NCBI GenBank assembly: GCA_023423535.1
Contig: JAFAFL010000097.1
Location: 1-64,000, forward strand
Source of the DNA: Pseudomonadota bacterium
GTDB lineage: Bacteria > Myxococcota > Myxococcia > Myxococcales > Myxococcaceae
Direction of reading: 5' to 3'
DNA length: 64,000 nt
Part shown: positions 28,083-38,317 of the stretch, piece by piece
How positions within the stretch are numbered: the stretch's first letter is position 1
Layout: every line of letters begins with the position of its first letter
The notes under the pieces: model-generated
Databases searched by the model: none
What the model was told of the DNA's origin: nothing
Seen by the model: only the letters and a program-made list of their open reading frames with translations
Program-made: the position numbers and the translations under genes

Positions 28083-30926
28083 ATGAAAACGCTGCGCGAA
28101 CTCAAACTCTCCGCAGGACGCAACGTAATAAAGCGGTTTGCAATAAACAACACCACCTCCGCACTCGGACTAATAACCGAAAGCGGCGACGTTATTGTAA
28201 TTGATGTGTCTTCCGGACGTCGCATCTTTCAGTTTGTGGGCGGCCCCACACGAGCGAGCGCAATCGCTTGGAGCGAAGCCGAGAGGTGCTTTCTTTGGGG
28301 CACCACCGATGGCCGAATATTGTTCTGGGACGGCGTTGGAACAAAGTCGCACTTTAAGGCGACTACGGCTCGCAGGTCGCAGAAGAAGCGGAAAAGCTTT
28401 GACCGTCACGGCCAACCTCTTGCACCCATCCCGACATCCGAGCGCGCGCCCGCTGACCGTTCAGCCGTCCTAGCTATAAGTGTTTCACGAACCGGAAAGA
28501 TCGCAGCCATAGTTCAAGACGGCACTTGCTGGGTCATCGAGTCAGGCAGTCGGCATACAGCAACCGCGCGTCTCTTTTGCATGCCCGTGCAGGCGCTGTG
28601 GTCGAATCAAGAGGACCTAGCAATCTCCTATTCTGATGGGTCGGTGCAGCTCATAAGTGGTGACCGAGCGATCTGGATCGAGCAACCACAGGGCAGCATC
28701 ACACCTCAGGATCTAGCAGAGTTCGTTCCCTTTGTGACACAAGATTTCGCTGTCTCCTTCCCCGCAACAACTGCGCGCCACGCCTTCAATCGCACATGGA
28801 CCACCAAGGAAATCGACTACATCACCAAACTCAGCTCAGCAGAAATTGCATCGACCATAAACTATGACGCAACATTCGCTAGGCTCCTCGGCTCATCGTT
28901 GCCTATTGGATGGGGCCGTGACTCCACTCTAATCTTGGGTGGCCGACACGGAGAGGTGCAGTTAGTCGACCGTGCGACCGGCAAGCCGAGAATGGTGCTT
29001 GAGCAGTTCGCGACAACTATCAGGGAGGTCGCCGGAAGCGAAACTGGCGTGTTTGTCACTGTTGACGTGAATGGCGTAATGCGCCTGTGGAATTACGAGA
29101 GCTTGAGTCCAATCCACATCCGCCAGGTGAGCAACGAAGCGCGCGACAGTGGATTACAGTCGATTGATTTGGCCGCGAACGGGACCGCGCTCGCTGTGAG
29201 ACGCGACCGCCACAGCGTGGATATTCTCGTACTGGATGTCGCAGCGACCAGCGCGGACGCGTCGCAAGGAAGCGGGACCGTACGATATACGACCGCGAAA
29301 ATCGTCCTTGTCGGGGACAGCGGTGCCGGGAAGACTGGTCTAGGGTGGCGACTAGCTAAGGGTGCATTCGCGGAACACTCTTCGACCCACGGTCAGCAGT
29401 TCTGGGTTGTTCCTAGTCTATCCCAAGAAGAGTCAAGTGGCTGGCATCGAGAGGCCGTGCTGTGGGATCTGGCTGGTCAAGCAGACTACCGCATCACCCA
29501 CGCACTATCACTTGACAACGTGGATGTCGCCATTCTTGTGATGGATGGCGCAAGCACAGGCGAGGCTCTCAAGGGCGTTCGGTATTGGCTTAACCAATTG
29601 CGACACTCAGAGAAGCCTGCGCCACGAACAATTTTGGTGGGAGCACGGGCGGATCGGGGCGTGCCGGCTCTAAGCAATCAGGAGTTGGCCGCATTCTGTG
29701 CCGAAACCCACATTGAAGGCGGTTTCGTCCTTACGAGCGCGTTAACCGGCGAAGGCCTCCCCGATTTGATGGCCAAAATTGCGAATCTCATAGATTGGTC
29801 AGCCCAGACCAAGACTGTCGCCACGGCATCGTTCAAGCAAATACGGAATTTTGTTCTCGGCGCCAAAGAACGACTAACGGCGACGCCCCTCCAGTCCATT
29901 GAGGCGCTATTTCAGGCTGCGCTGGACAGCGGAATGAGCGTTGACGTGGAGGATTTCGAGGCAGCGCTCTTCAATCTCGCCAAGCACGGATACATCACCC
30001 TCATTTCGACGGTGGATGGCTTGGATGCTGTATTGCTGGCGCCCGAAGTCCTGATAAACCTTGCGTCGTCGATTGTGCTGGAGGCTCGACGAAACCCCAA
30101 GGGACTCGGAGCTATAGACGAGCAACTGATCCTTGATGGCAGAATAGAATCGCGCGAGCTAGTAGCCCTACCCAAAGACACTCAAGACACGCTACTGCTC
30201 GCCGCGATCCGACTTTTTGTTAGCCATAACCTCTGCTTCCGGGAGCGACTCGGAGCAACGAGCTTGTTTGTTTTTCCGGCCCTCATCAACATGAGACGCA
30301 AGGTTACGGCTGACATTGAGCGCTACGACGCAGGGGCGTGGTATGAAATCTCGGGCGCCACTGAGAACCTCTATGCCGTCTGCGTCGTGTTGCTAGGCTA
30401 TACAAACACCTTCAATCGCGCAGCGCACTGGCAAAGCGAAGCAGAGTACGAGACCGAGCGGGGTGAACTATGCAGCCTTCAGTCCCATGACTCCGCAGGC
30501 GGTGGAGTTGTGTTCCAGCTCCGATACTCGCAGCGCACGTCGATGCCAACGCGAACTCTCTTTCAATCACTGGTGGAGCGAATACTTCTGAGACGCAACT
30601 TGCAGGTTAAGCGATTCTTGGCGCCGATTTGCGGTGGGTGCACTGAAAGCCTGCCTCGCGAGGTCGTTTCGGCAAGAATCCGCAGCGGCAAGCAGGATTC
30701 GTTCTGCACGAACTGCGGGAGGGCGATGGTGTTGCCGTCTGGCGATGTTCTTGACACGGCCGAAAGTGCGTCCGGCGCAATACGCATTCAAGAGAAGGTT
30801 TCACATGTAAGGACGCGATATGAGGAGGCGCTCTCGGTCGCCAAGGCTACAGCTCAGCAATTGCACGGCCGGCTGCCTTCGGTGTCCGTGTTCGTCAGTT
30901 ATGCGTGGGGGGGGGCGATGGTATAG
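28083..30926 (+). CDS. ROCO-type protein: WD40 beta-propeller - Roc (Ras-like GTPase) - COR - CxxC...CxxC zinc ribbon; ORF terminated by a frameshift in a G9 tract, with TIR domain continuing in another frame
   Basis: G1 GDSGAGKT, G3 WDLAGQ, G4-like GARAD; WD-like repeats (GTTDGRILFWD, SYSDGSVQLISGD); lower-GC codon usage; last residues SVFVSYAW begin a TIR motif. Confidence 0.6.
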   Translation: MKTLRELKLSAGRNVIKRFAINNTTSALGLITESGDVIVIDVSSGRRIFQFVGGPTRASAIAWSEAERCFLWGTTDGRILFWDGVGTKSHFKATTARRSQKKRKSFDRHGQPLAPIPTSERAPADRSAVLAISVSRTGKIAAIVQDGTCWVIESGSRHTATARLFCMPVQALWSNQEDLAISYSDGSVQLISGDRAIWIEQPQGSITPQDLAEFVPFVTQDFAVSFPATTARHAFNRTWTTKEIDYITKLSSAEIASTINYDATFARLLGSSLPIGWGRDSTLILGGRHGEVQLVDRATGKPRMVLEQFATTIREVAGSETGVFVTVDVNGVMRLWNYESLSPIHIRQVSNEARDSGLQSIDLAANGTALAVRRDRHSVDILVLDVAATSADASQGSGTVRYTTAKIVLVGDSGAGKTGLGWRLAKGAFAEHSSTHGQQFWVVPSLSQEESSGWHREAVLWDLAGQADYRITHALSLDNVDVAILVMDGASTGEALKGVRYWLNQLRHSEKPAPRTILVGARADRGVPALSNQELAAFCAETHIEGGFVLTSALTGEGLPDLMAKIANLIDWSAQTKTVATASFKQIRNFVLGAKERLTATPLQSIEALFQAALDSGMSVDVEDFEAALFNLAKHGYITLISTVDGLDAVLLAPEVLINLASSIVLEARRNPKGLGAIDEQLILDGRIESRELVALPKDTQDTLLLAAIRLFVSHNLCFRERLGATSLFVFPALINMRRKVTADIERYDAGAWYEISGATENLYAVCVVLLGYTNTFNRAAHWQSEAEYETERGELCSLQSHDSAGGGVVFQLRYSQRTSMPTRTLFQSLVERILLRRNLQVKRFLAPICGGCTESLPREVVSARIRSGKQDSFCTNCGRAMVLPSGDVLDTAESASGAIRIQEKVSHVRTRYEEALSVAKATAQQLHGRLPSVSVFVSYAWGGAMV

Positions 30927-31420
30927 GTGCGTGGTGTCAGAGGCTTGTGGATGATCTTGAATCTGCTGGCGTTCGGACATTCTTTGACTTGAACGACAAC
31001 TCTGCGATCGGAAAGAGCGTGTCGCGCTTTGTGTCCCTGGCAGCGGAGGCTTCGCATATTCTCGTTATTGGAACAACGGAGTATCTTGCGAAGTACCTAA
31101 ACAACGTATCGCCAACTGGAAGTATTGTTGCCGCGGAAGCCGATATCATTCAGCATCGACTGACGCGGACGGAGCTTGAGAAGGAAAGCGTGTTGCCAGT
31201 GCTGAGGGATGGTGCGCCTGAGTCTTCGTTTCCGCCGCTGCTACGTGGCAGGGCCTACGCTGACTTCCGGAGGGAAGAGGAGTACTTCCTGCGCCTGTAT
31301 GGGCTTGTGTTGACGTTGTGGGGCGTGCCAGCGACACATCTTGCTGTGCGGCCGGTTCTTGCTAGCCTCATGGCTTCAGTCGAAACACAGGCAAAGTCGG
31401 CCGTTTGCGCGACCTCATAA
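30905..31420 (+). pseudogene. TIR-like domain ORF fragment; frame-shifted continuation of the ROCO gene (putative full protein WD40-Roc-COR-ZnR-TIR of about 1110 aa)
   Basis: TIR-like pattern after the SVFVSYAW box: RLVDDLESAGVRTFFDLNDNSAIGKSV...ILVIGTTEYLAKYLNN; G9 homopolymer at 30907-30915 separates the frames. Confidence 0.5.
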
Positions 31421-31594
31421 CGACATCAAGACTGGTTTCGTGTGTTTGTTGTTTCTTGTGAACGTGAGGTGCTTTGAGTTTATTGGGGACTTGCTGCGGT
31501 TGGTCGTGGCGGCGTTTGCTGGAGCTAGGTGAATGCGGCCTCGGCGATCCGTCATCTTCACGGCCATAACTTCTCTTGCGATCTTGGAGTCCCC

Positions 31595-31977
31595 ATGTCC
31601 CGCCCGCTCTTCGCTGCCTCCCTCGCGCTCTCGTTGCTCGCCGCGCCGCTCGCCGTCGCACATGAGCTGTCGCAGGAGGAGGAGAGGCCCCTGCGGTGGT
31701 GAAGAAGGGGGCGTGCCTGCAGAGGATTGAGGGACCAGCTCCCGCCCGCGTTCTGCAAGCCGACCATGTACTTCCATCAGTGCTTCTCCATCACCGAGGA
31801 GCAGTGCTTGGAGACCGCGAAGAAGACGACGGAGAGCTGCCTCGCGCAGCACGACAAGGAGTGCCGGCGAGCTTCGAGCAGCCGCAGGACGGCACCACGA
31901 GGGGCGCGAAGATCGGCACCTGCGCCAGCATCGCCTTGGAGTCCACGCACAAGGCGAAGCTGTCGAAGGAGGAGTAG
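31595..31977 (+). pseudogene. Possible degraded small secreted Cys-containing protein gene (signal peptide, then coding signal hopping between two frames)
   Basis: MSRPLFAASLALSLLAAPLAVA signal peptide; in-frame TGA at 31697; GC3 coding signal switches frame at about 31697, 31740 and 31868. Confidence 0.25.
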
Positions 31978-32013
31978 TGCAAGGACGCATCGAACTGGAT
32001 TCCCTGAGCCGCG

Positions 32014-33035
32014 CTACTCCGTCCAGTGACACGCGGCGAGGTGGTCGGTGGCGACGCGGCGGAGCTCCGGCTCTCGCTGGCGGCACGCGAGCTGACGATC
32101 CGCGGGCAGCGTCCGGTAGAGCGGGCAGCGGGTGTGGAAGCGGCAGCCGGTGGGCGGGTTCGTGGGGCTCGGGACTTCGCCGCTGAGCACGGCCGGTGGA
32201 CGCGCGCGGGAGACCTCCGGATCCGGGAAGGGGATCGCCGCGTTGAGCGCCTGCGTGTAGGGATGCACCGGCTGGCGGTAGATGGCCTTTGCCGGCGCGA
32301 CCTCCACCAGCTTGCCCAGGTACATCACCGCGACGCGGTCCGCGAGGTGCCGCACCGCGGCCATGTCGTGCGAGATGAAGAGCATCGTCAGGCCGAAGGT
32401 TCGCTGCAGCCCGAGCAGCAGGTTCATGATCTGCGCGCGGATGCTCACGTCGAGCGCGGAGAGCGGCTCGTCCGCGACGATGAACGCGGGCGAGAGCGCG
32501 ATGGCCCGGGCAATGGCGACACGCTGGCGCTGGCCGCCGGAGAACTCGTGCGGAAAGCGGCGGACGTCGCGCGGGGAGAGGCCGCACAGCTCCACCAGTT
32601 CACGGACGCGCGCTTCGATCACGCGGGGCGAGCCGTAGTCGTTCGCGCGCAGCGGCTCCGCGATGAGGCTGCCCACCGTCATCCTCGGGTTCAAGGAGGC
32701 GAACGGGTCCTGGAAGATCATCTGAAGGTTTGGCCGGTGGCGACGGAGGGCGCGGCCCTGCAACCGCAGAATGTCCTCTCCGTCGAAGACGACCTTGCCG
32801 CCGGCCGCGGGGATGAGGCGTGCCAGCGCTCGGCCCACGGTGGACTTGCCGCAGCCGGATTCGCCCACGAGGCCCAGCGTCTCGCCGCGTCCGAGGTCGA
32901 ACGAGATGCCGTCCACCGCGCGCACCACGCCCACCGTCTTCGGCAGGAACACGCCGCGGGTGACGGGGAAGTGGACCTCCAGGTTCTGCACCGAGAGGAG
33001 CTTTCCCACCGGCGCCGTGACCAGCGCGCGCTCGC

Positions 33036-33039
<4 letters not shown>
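32014..33039 (-). CDS. oppF: Oligopeptide/dipeptide ABC transporter ATP-binding protein
   Basis: Walker [10 protein letters not shown], signature LSGGQRQR, Walker B FIVADEP, C-terminal oligopeptide-ABC extension. Confidence 0.85.
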
Positions 33040-34051
<1,012 letters not shown>

Positions 34052-34052
<1 letters not shown>

Positions 34053-34966
34053 CAGTCGAACCTCATCCGCGGATCGAGCGCGTCGCGCAGGCCGTCGCCG
34101 AGGAAGTTCAGACACAGCAGCGTCGAAGAGAGCAGCAGCGCGGGGAAGACGAGCTGGTGCGGGAGGAAGGTCATGTTCGCCGCGCCGTCGGCGACGAGCA
34201 GGCCCCACGACGCATCCGGCGCCGCGATGCCGAGGCCGAGGAAGGAGAGGAAGGCCTCCTGCAGCATCACCGCGGGCACGGTGAGGGTCGCGTACACGAT
34301 CGTGGGGCCGAGCGTGTTCGGCACGAGGTGCCGCAGGATGATCCCTGCGTGGCTCACGCCCATGGTGCGCGCGGCCTGGACGAACTCGGCATTGCGCAGC
34401 GAGAGCACCTGGCCTCGGACGATGCGCGCCGTGGTCAGCCAGCTCACCGCGCCCAGCGCCACGAACACGACCACCAGCGACCGGCCGAAGACTGCGAGCA
34501 GGAGGATGGCGAAGAAGATGAAGGGCAGGGTGTAGAGCACGTCAACGAAGCGCATCAGCAGCGCGTCGGTCCGGCCTCCGAAGTAGCCGCTCACCGCGCC
34601 CACGCCCACGCCGATGAGCAGCGAGACGCTCGTGGCGCAGAGGCCGATGAGCAGCGACATCCGTCCGCCGACCATGCAGCGCACCAGCAGATCGCGGCCC
34701 AGCGCGTCGGTGCCGAAGGGATGCGCCCAGGAAGGACCGGTAGCGCCCAGCTCGAGGTCCGGCAGATCGAAGCGCCAGGGCAGCAGCCACGGACCAACGA
34801 CGCTGAAGACCACGATGCCGACGAGCACCCAGAGGGAGACCACCGCGGCGCGGTTGCGGCAGAGCCTGCGCCACGCGTCCCCCCAGAGGCTGAGGCCCTC
34901 CACGTGCTCGGGGAGGAGCGGCTCCGGATCAGACGGCACGGCGCTGGGGTGCGGACGCAGGCTCAT
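34052..34966 (-). CDS. oppC: Oligopeptide ABC transporter permease
   Basis: BPD_transp_1 permease with 6 TM and an EAA-like region; start MSLRPHPS gives a 4-bp overlap with oppB. Confidence 0.8.
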
Positions 34967-35880
34967 GCGTACTTCACCCGCGGATCGATCATCGCGTACG
35001 CCACGTCCACGACGAGGTTCGCCAGCAGCAGGAACGCCGCGTCCACCAGCACCACGCCGAGCGCCAGCGTGTAGTCGCGGTTCAGCGCCGCATCGACGAA
35101 GTAGGGCCCCATGCCGGGGATGTTGAAGATCTTCTCCACCACCAGCGAGCCGGTGAAGAGCCCGGCCAGCGCAGGTCCGAGGAAGGTGATCACCGGCAAG
35201 AGGCCGCCGCGCAGCGTGTGGCGGAAGATGACGAGGCGCTCGGGCAGTCCCTTCGCGCGCGCGGTGCGGACGTAGTCCTGGCGGATGACCTCCAGCAGGC
35301 CGCCGCGGGTGAGCCTCGCGATGTAGGCGGCGTAGGCGAGGCCCAGCGTCATGCCGGGGAGGATCATGTGCTGCACGCCGTCCCAGCGCGCGGCAGGCAG
35401 CACCGCAAGCACCACCGAGAAGAGGAGGATGAGCACCGGCCCTAAGATGAAGTTCGGGATCGAGATCCCCATCAGCGCAAGTCCCATCGCCGCGTGATCC
35501 GGCCACCGGTTCTGGAACACCGCGCCCGCGATCCCGGAGACGAGCCCGAAGAGCATCGCGAAGCCGAGCGCGATGAGGCCCAGCTGCAGCGAGACGGGGA
35601 AGCCCGCGGCGATGAACTCGTTCACGCTGCGGCCGGGGTAGCGGTACGAAGGACCGAGATCTCCCTGCAGGTAGCTCGCGAGGACGGCGACGAACTGGAT
35701 GGGGAGGGGCTCGTCGAGCCGGTACTTCGTCTCCAGCTGCGCCCTCACCGTCGGGTGCACCGCGCGGTCGGTGTCGAACGGGCCACCGGGCGCGAGCCGC
35801 ATCAGCGTGAACGCCAGCGCGAGGATGATCAGCACCACCGGGATGAGCCCGAGCAGACGGCGGAGGATGTAGCGGATCAT
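34963..35880 (-). CDS. oppB: Oligopeptide ABC transporter permease
   Basis: MIRYILRRLLGLIPVVLIILALAF N-terminus typical of OppB/DppB; overlaps oppA stop. Confidence 0.85.
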   Translation of the reverse strand: MIRYILRRLLGLIPVVLIILALAFTLMRLAPGGPFDTDRAVHPTVRAQLETKYRLDEPLPIQFVAVLASYLQGDLGPSYRYPGRSVNEFIAAGFPVSLQLGLIALGFAMLFGLVSGIAGAVFQNRWPDHAAMGLALMGISIPNFILGPVLILLFSVVLAVLPAARWDGVQHMILPGMTLGLAYAAYIARLTRGGLLEVIRQDYVRTARAKGLPERLVIFRHTLRGGLLPVITFLGPALAGLFTGSLVVEKIFNIPGMGPYFVDAALNRDYTLALGVVLVDAAFLLLANLVVDVAYAMIDPRVKYA

Positions 35881-37571
35881 CTCGCCGCCTCGCCGGATGC
35901 CTCGCCGCGCGCTGCCGCCTCGCCCGTGCTCACCGCCCGCAGCGGGTGCAGGTGCCGGTTGTTCGGATGGAGCCCCTCCACCCACGGCTTGGCGAAGTCG
36001 CTGTAGCTGTAGATGTAGAGCGGGATGACGGGGAGCTCTTCCACGGCGAGCCTCTCGGCCTCGGCGTAGGCGCGGTTGCGTTCCTCCTGCCCCAGGCTCC
36101 GCAGGCCTCGCTCCAGCGCCTCTCCGTACGCGTCGCGATGCCAACGCGCATGGTTCTGTGAAGAGCCGGGCCGGAGCACCTCGAGGAACGACGAGGGATC
36201 CTGGTAGTCCGCCCACCAACCGCCGCGCGCGATGAGGAAGTCTCCGGACGCGAGCCGGTCGAGGTGGACCTTGTACTCCATGTTGTAGAGCTCGACGGTG
36301 ATGCCCAGGTGCTCGCGCCACATCGACTGCAAGGCCTCGGCGACCTGCCGGTGCGACTCGTCGGTGTTGTACTGATAGGTGAGCGTCGGGAAGCCGCGGC
36401 CTTCGGGGAAGCCGGCCTCCGCCAGCAGCGCGCGCGCCCTCGTGGGATCGAACTCTTCACCGCGCGGCGAGACGTAGCCGGTGCTATCGCGCAACAGCTC
36501 GTCGGGCACGAGGTGCGTCAGCGGCTTCTGTCCCGCCTTCAGCACCCGCAGCGCGATCGCCTCCTTGTCCACCGCGAGGTTCAGCGCCCGCCGCACCCTA
36601 ACGTCGTCCAGCGGCGCGCGCTCCGTCTGCAGCCAGAGGAAGTAGGTCCCCAGCCGCAGCGCACTCCGGTAGTCGCGGTAGCCGCGCGCACGCACGAAGG
36701 GCTCGCTCTCGGGCGGCACCCTCGCGTTCGACCCGAGCCAGTCCAGGGTGCCCGTCTGGTAGAGCCGGAGTGCCGTGCGCGAATCGTCGATGGCCATCGC
36801 CACCGCGCGCTGCAGCTTCACGTGCTGCGCGTCCCAGTAGGTCTCGCTCTTCTCGAGGACGATCTCGTAGCGCAGCCGCCAGCTCTTCAAGACGAACGGC
36901 CCGTTGCCGATCAGATGCTCCGGCCGCGTCCACTGCTCGCCGAAACGTTCGACGACGTCACGACGCAAGGGGAAGAAGGGCGAGTAGGCAGTGAGCTCGA
37001 GGAACCACGGCGCCGGATACTCGAGCCTGACCTCCAGCGTCTTCGGTCCGCGCGCGCGCACGCCGAGCTGTGCCGGATCGCGCAGCTTGCCGCGCGAGAA
37101 GGCCTCGCCGTTGCGGATGACCCACAGCATGTTCGCGTACTGCGCGCCGGTCAGCGGATCGAGCACGCGCGTCCACGCGTAGGTGAAGTCGGTCGCGGTC
37201 ACCGGCCGCCCGTCGCTCCACTGCGCGTCGCGAAGGTGGAAGGTCCACGTCAGCCCGTCCTCGGAGACCTCCCAGCGCTCCGCCATCCCCGGTTCCGGCG
37301 AGAGCGTGCGCGGGTCGTAGCGGGTGAGGCCCTCGAAGAGCTCGCGGACGAGCGCGTTGCCCGGCGCGTCGTACACGAGCCCCGGATCGAGCGACTGCGG
37401 CTCGGCGCCGTTGTTGAAGAAGAGGGTGCCCGGCGGGTGCTGGCGCTCGAGCGAACCGAAGTAGCCGGCCTCCTCTTTCCGCGTGCACGACGACGAAGCG
37501 GTCGCGGCGAGGCCCAGCAGCGCAGCGAGACACCAGAGCTGAAGCGCGCGCGCCGGGGGTCGCCTCCTCAT
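35877..37571 (-). CDS. oppA: Peptide ABC transporter substrate-binding lipoprotein (SBP family 5)
   Basis: Signal peptide with lipobox; SBP_bac_5-like length and motifs; first gene of operon. Confidence 0.8.
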   Translation of the reverse strand: MRRRPPARALQLWCLAALLGLAATASSSCTRKEEAGYFGSLERQHPPGTLFFNNGAEPQSLDPGLVYDAPGNALVRELFEGLTRYDPRTLSPEPGMAERWEVSEDGLTWTFHLRDAQWSDGRPVTATDFTYAWTRVLDPLTGAQYANMLWVIRNGEAFSRGKLRDPAQLGVRARGPKTLEVRLEYPAPWFLELTAYSPFFPLRRDVVERFGEQWTRPEHLIGNGPFVLKSWRLRYEIVLEKSETYWDAQHVKLQRAVAMAIDDSRTALRLYQTGTLDWLGSNARVPPESEPFVRARGYRDYRSALRLGTYFLWLQTERAPLDDVRVRRALNLAVDKEAIALRVLKAGQKPLTHLVPDELLRDSTGYVSPRGEEFDPTRARALLAEAGFPEGRGFPTLTYQYNTDESHRQVAEALQSMWREHLGITVELYNMEYKVHLDRLASGDFLIARGGWWADYQDPSSFLEVLRPGSSQNHARWHRDAYGEALERGLRSLGQEERNRAYAEAERLAVEELPVIPLYIYSYSDFAKPWVEGLHPNNRHLHPLRAVSTGEAAARGEASGEAAR

Positions 37572-37630
37572 CGGACGGCGGAGAGTAATGTGAACGACCC
37601 TTGTCGCCCAGCGCTGCCTCTTCCTCCTCG

Positions 37631-38194
37631 TCAGGCCTCCAGGCGACCACCCGGGACGGCGATCTTCGGAGCGCGGAAGCCCATCGCGATCCACGCGCCG
37701 AGGAGCTTCGCGAAGAAGCCCACCGACTGACTGCGAGCGTTGGGCACGTCGTTCGGGAGCGGAGCGGCATCGCTGCTGCGGTCCGAGGTCATCGTGCGCA
37801 GCTCGAGCTTCGGCACCGCGCCCGCAGGCCAGAGGCAGGCGTAGAGGCTCAGCCAGTGGCCGCTCTGGAACTCGAGAAAGACGGGCGTGTTGCAGCAGGT
37901 CGCGACGACGCGGCGGGTGGGTGACTTCTCCGTCAGCCGGAGCTCCTTCAGGCGCTCGGTGCCGGCGAGGAAGCGGACCCGGTCCTTGCGGTAGAGGACG
38001 AAGCGCGTGCCTCCGTTCTCCTCGGTGAAGCGCAAGCGCGGCGCGGAAGGCAGCGCTCTGAGCCTGCGCCCTGCTTCGCGGCAGCTGTTGCAGTGGCACT
38101 CCGCGGTGATGATCGGATTCTTCTCGGCGACGAGCTGGACGGCGCCGCACCTGCAGTTGAGTCGGGTCTCCATCATGAGAGGGACTGATCGCAT
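37631..38194 (-). CDS. GFA (glutathione-dependent formaldehyde-activating / CENP-V) family protein
   Basis: Cys motifs CRCG...ECHCNSC characteristic of the GFA zinc site; start may be an internal M (MMETRLN). Confidence 0.55.
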   Translation of the reverse strand: MRSVPLMMETRLNCRCGAVQLVAEKNPIITAECHCNSCREAGRRLRALPSAPRLRFTEENGGTRFVLYRKDRVRFLAGTERLKELRLTEKSPTRRVVATCCNTPVFLEFQSGHWLSLYACLWPAGAVPKLELRTMTSDRSSDAAPLPNDVPNARSQSVGFFAKLLGAWIAMGFRAPKIAVPGGRLEA

Positions 38195-38317
38195 GCGCTG
38201 AACTCATCGGTCGCCCTGCAAATGAAGTCGCCCGGCCGACACGCCGCCTTGCCGCCGCGCCGTGCGGGGCTCACCTTGCCAGCGGGCGGGGTCTGGGTGG
38301 CGACGGGGGAGGCGGGG

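Noticed and set aside
31697-31699. In-frame TGA after the signal peptide as selenocysteine
   Set aside because: No SECIS-like hairpin is evident immediately downstream, and the coding signal changes frame repeatedly afterwards. Gene decay or sequence error is a simpler explanation.
31415-32587. 390-aa minus-strand ORF spanning the island edge and oppF
   Set aside because: Overlaps the well-supported oppF gene in antisense and has an Arg/Pro-rich composition, so it is spurious.
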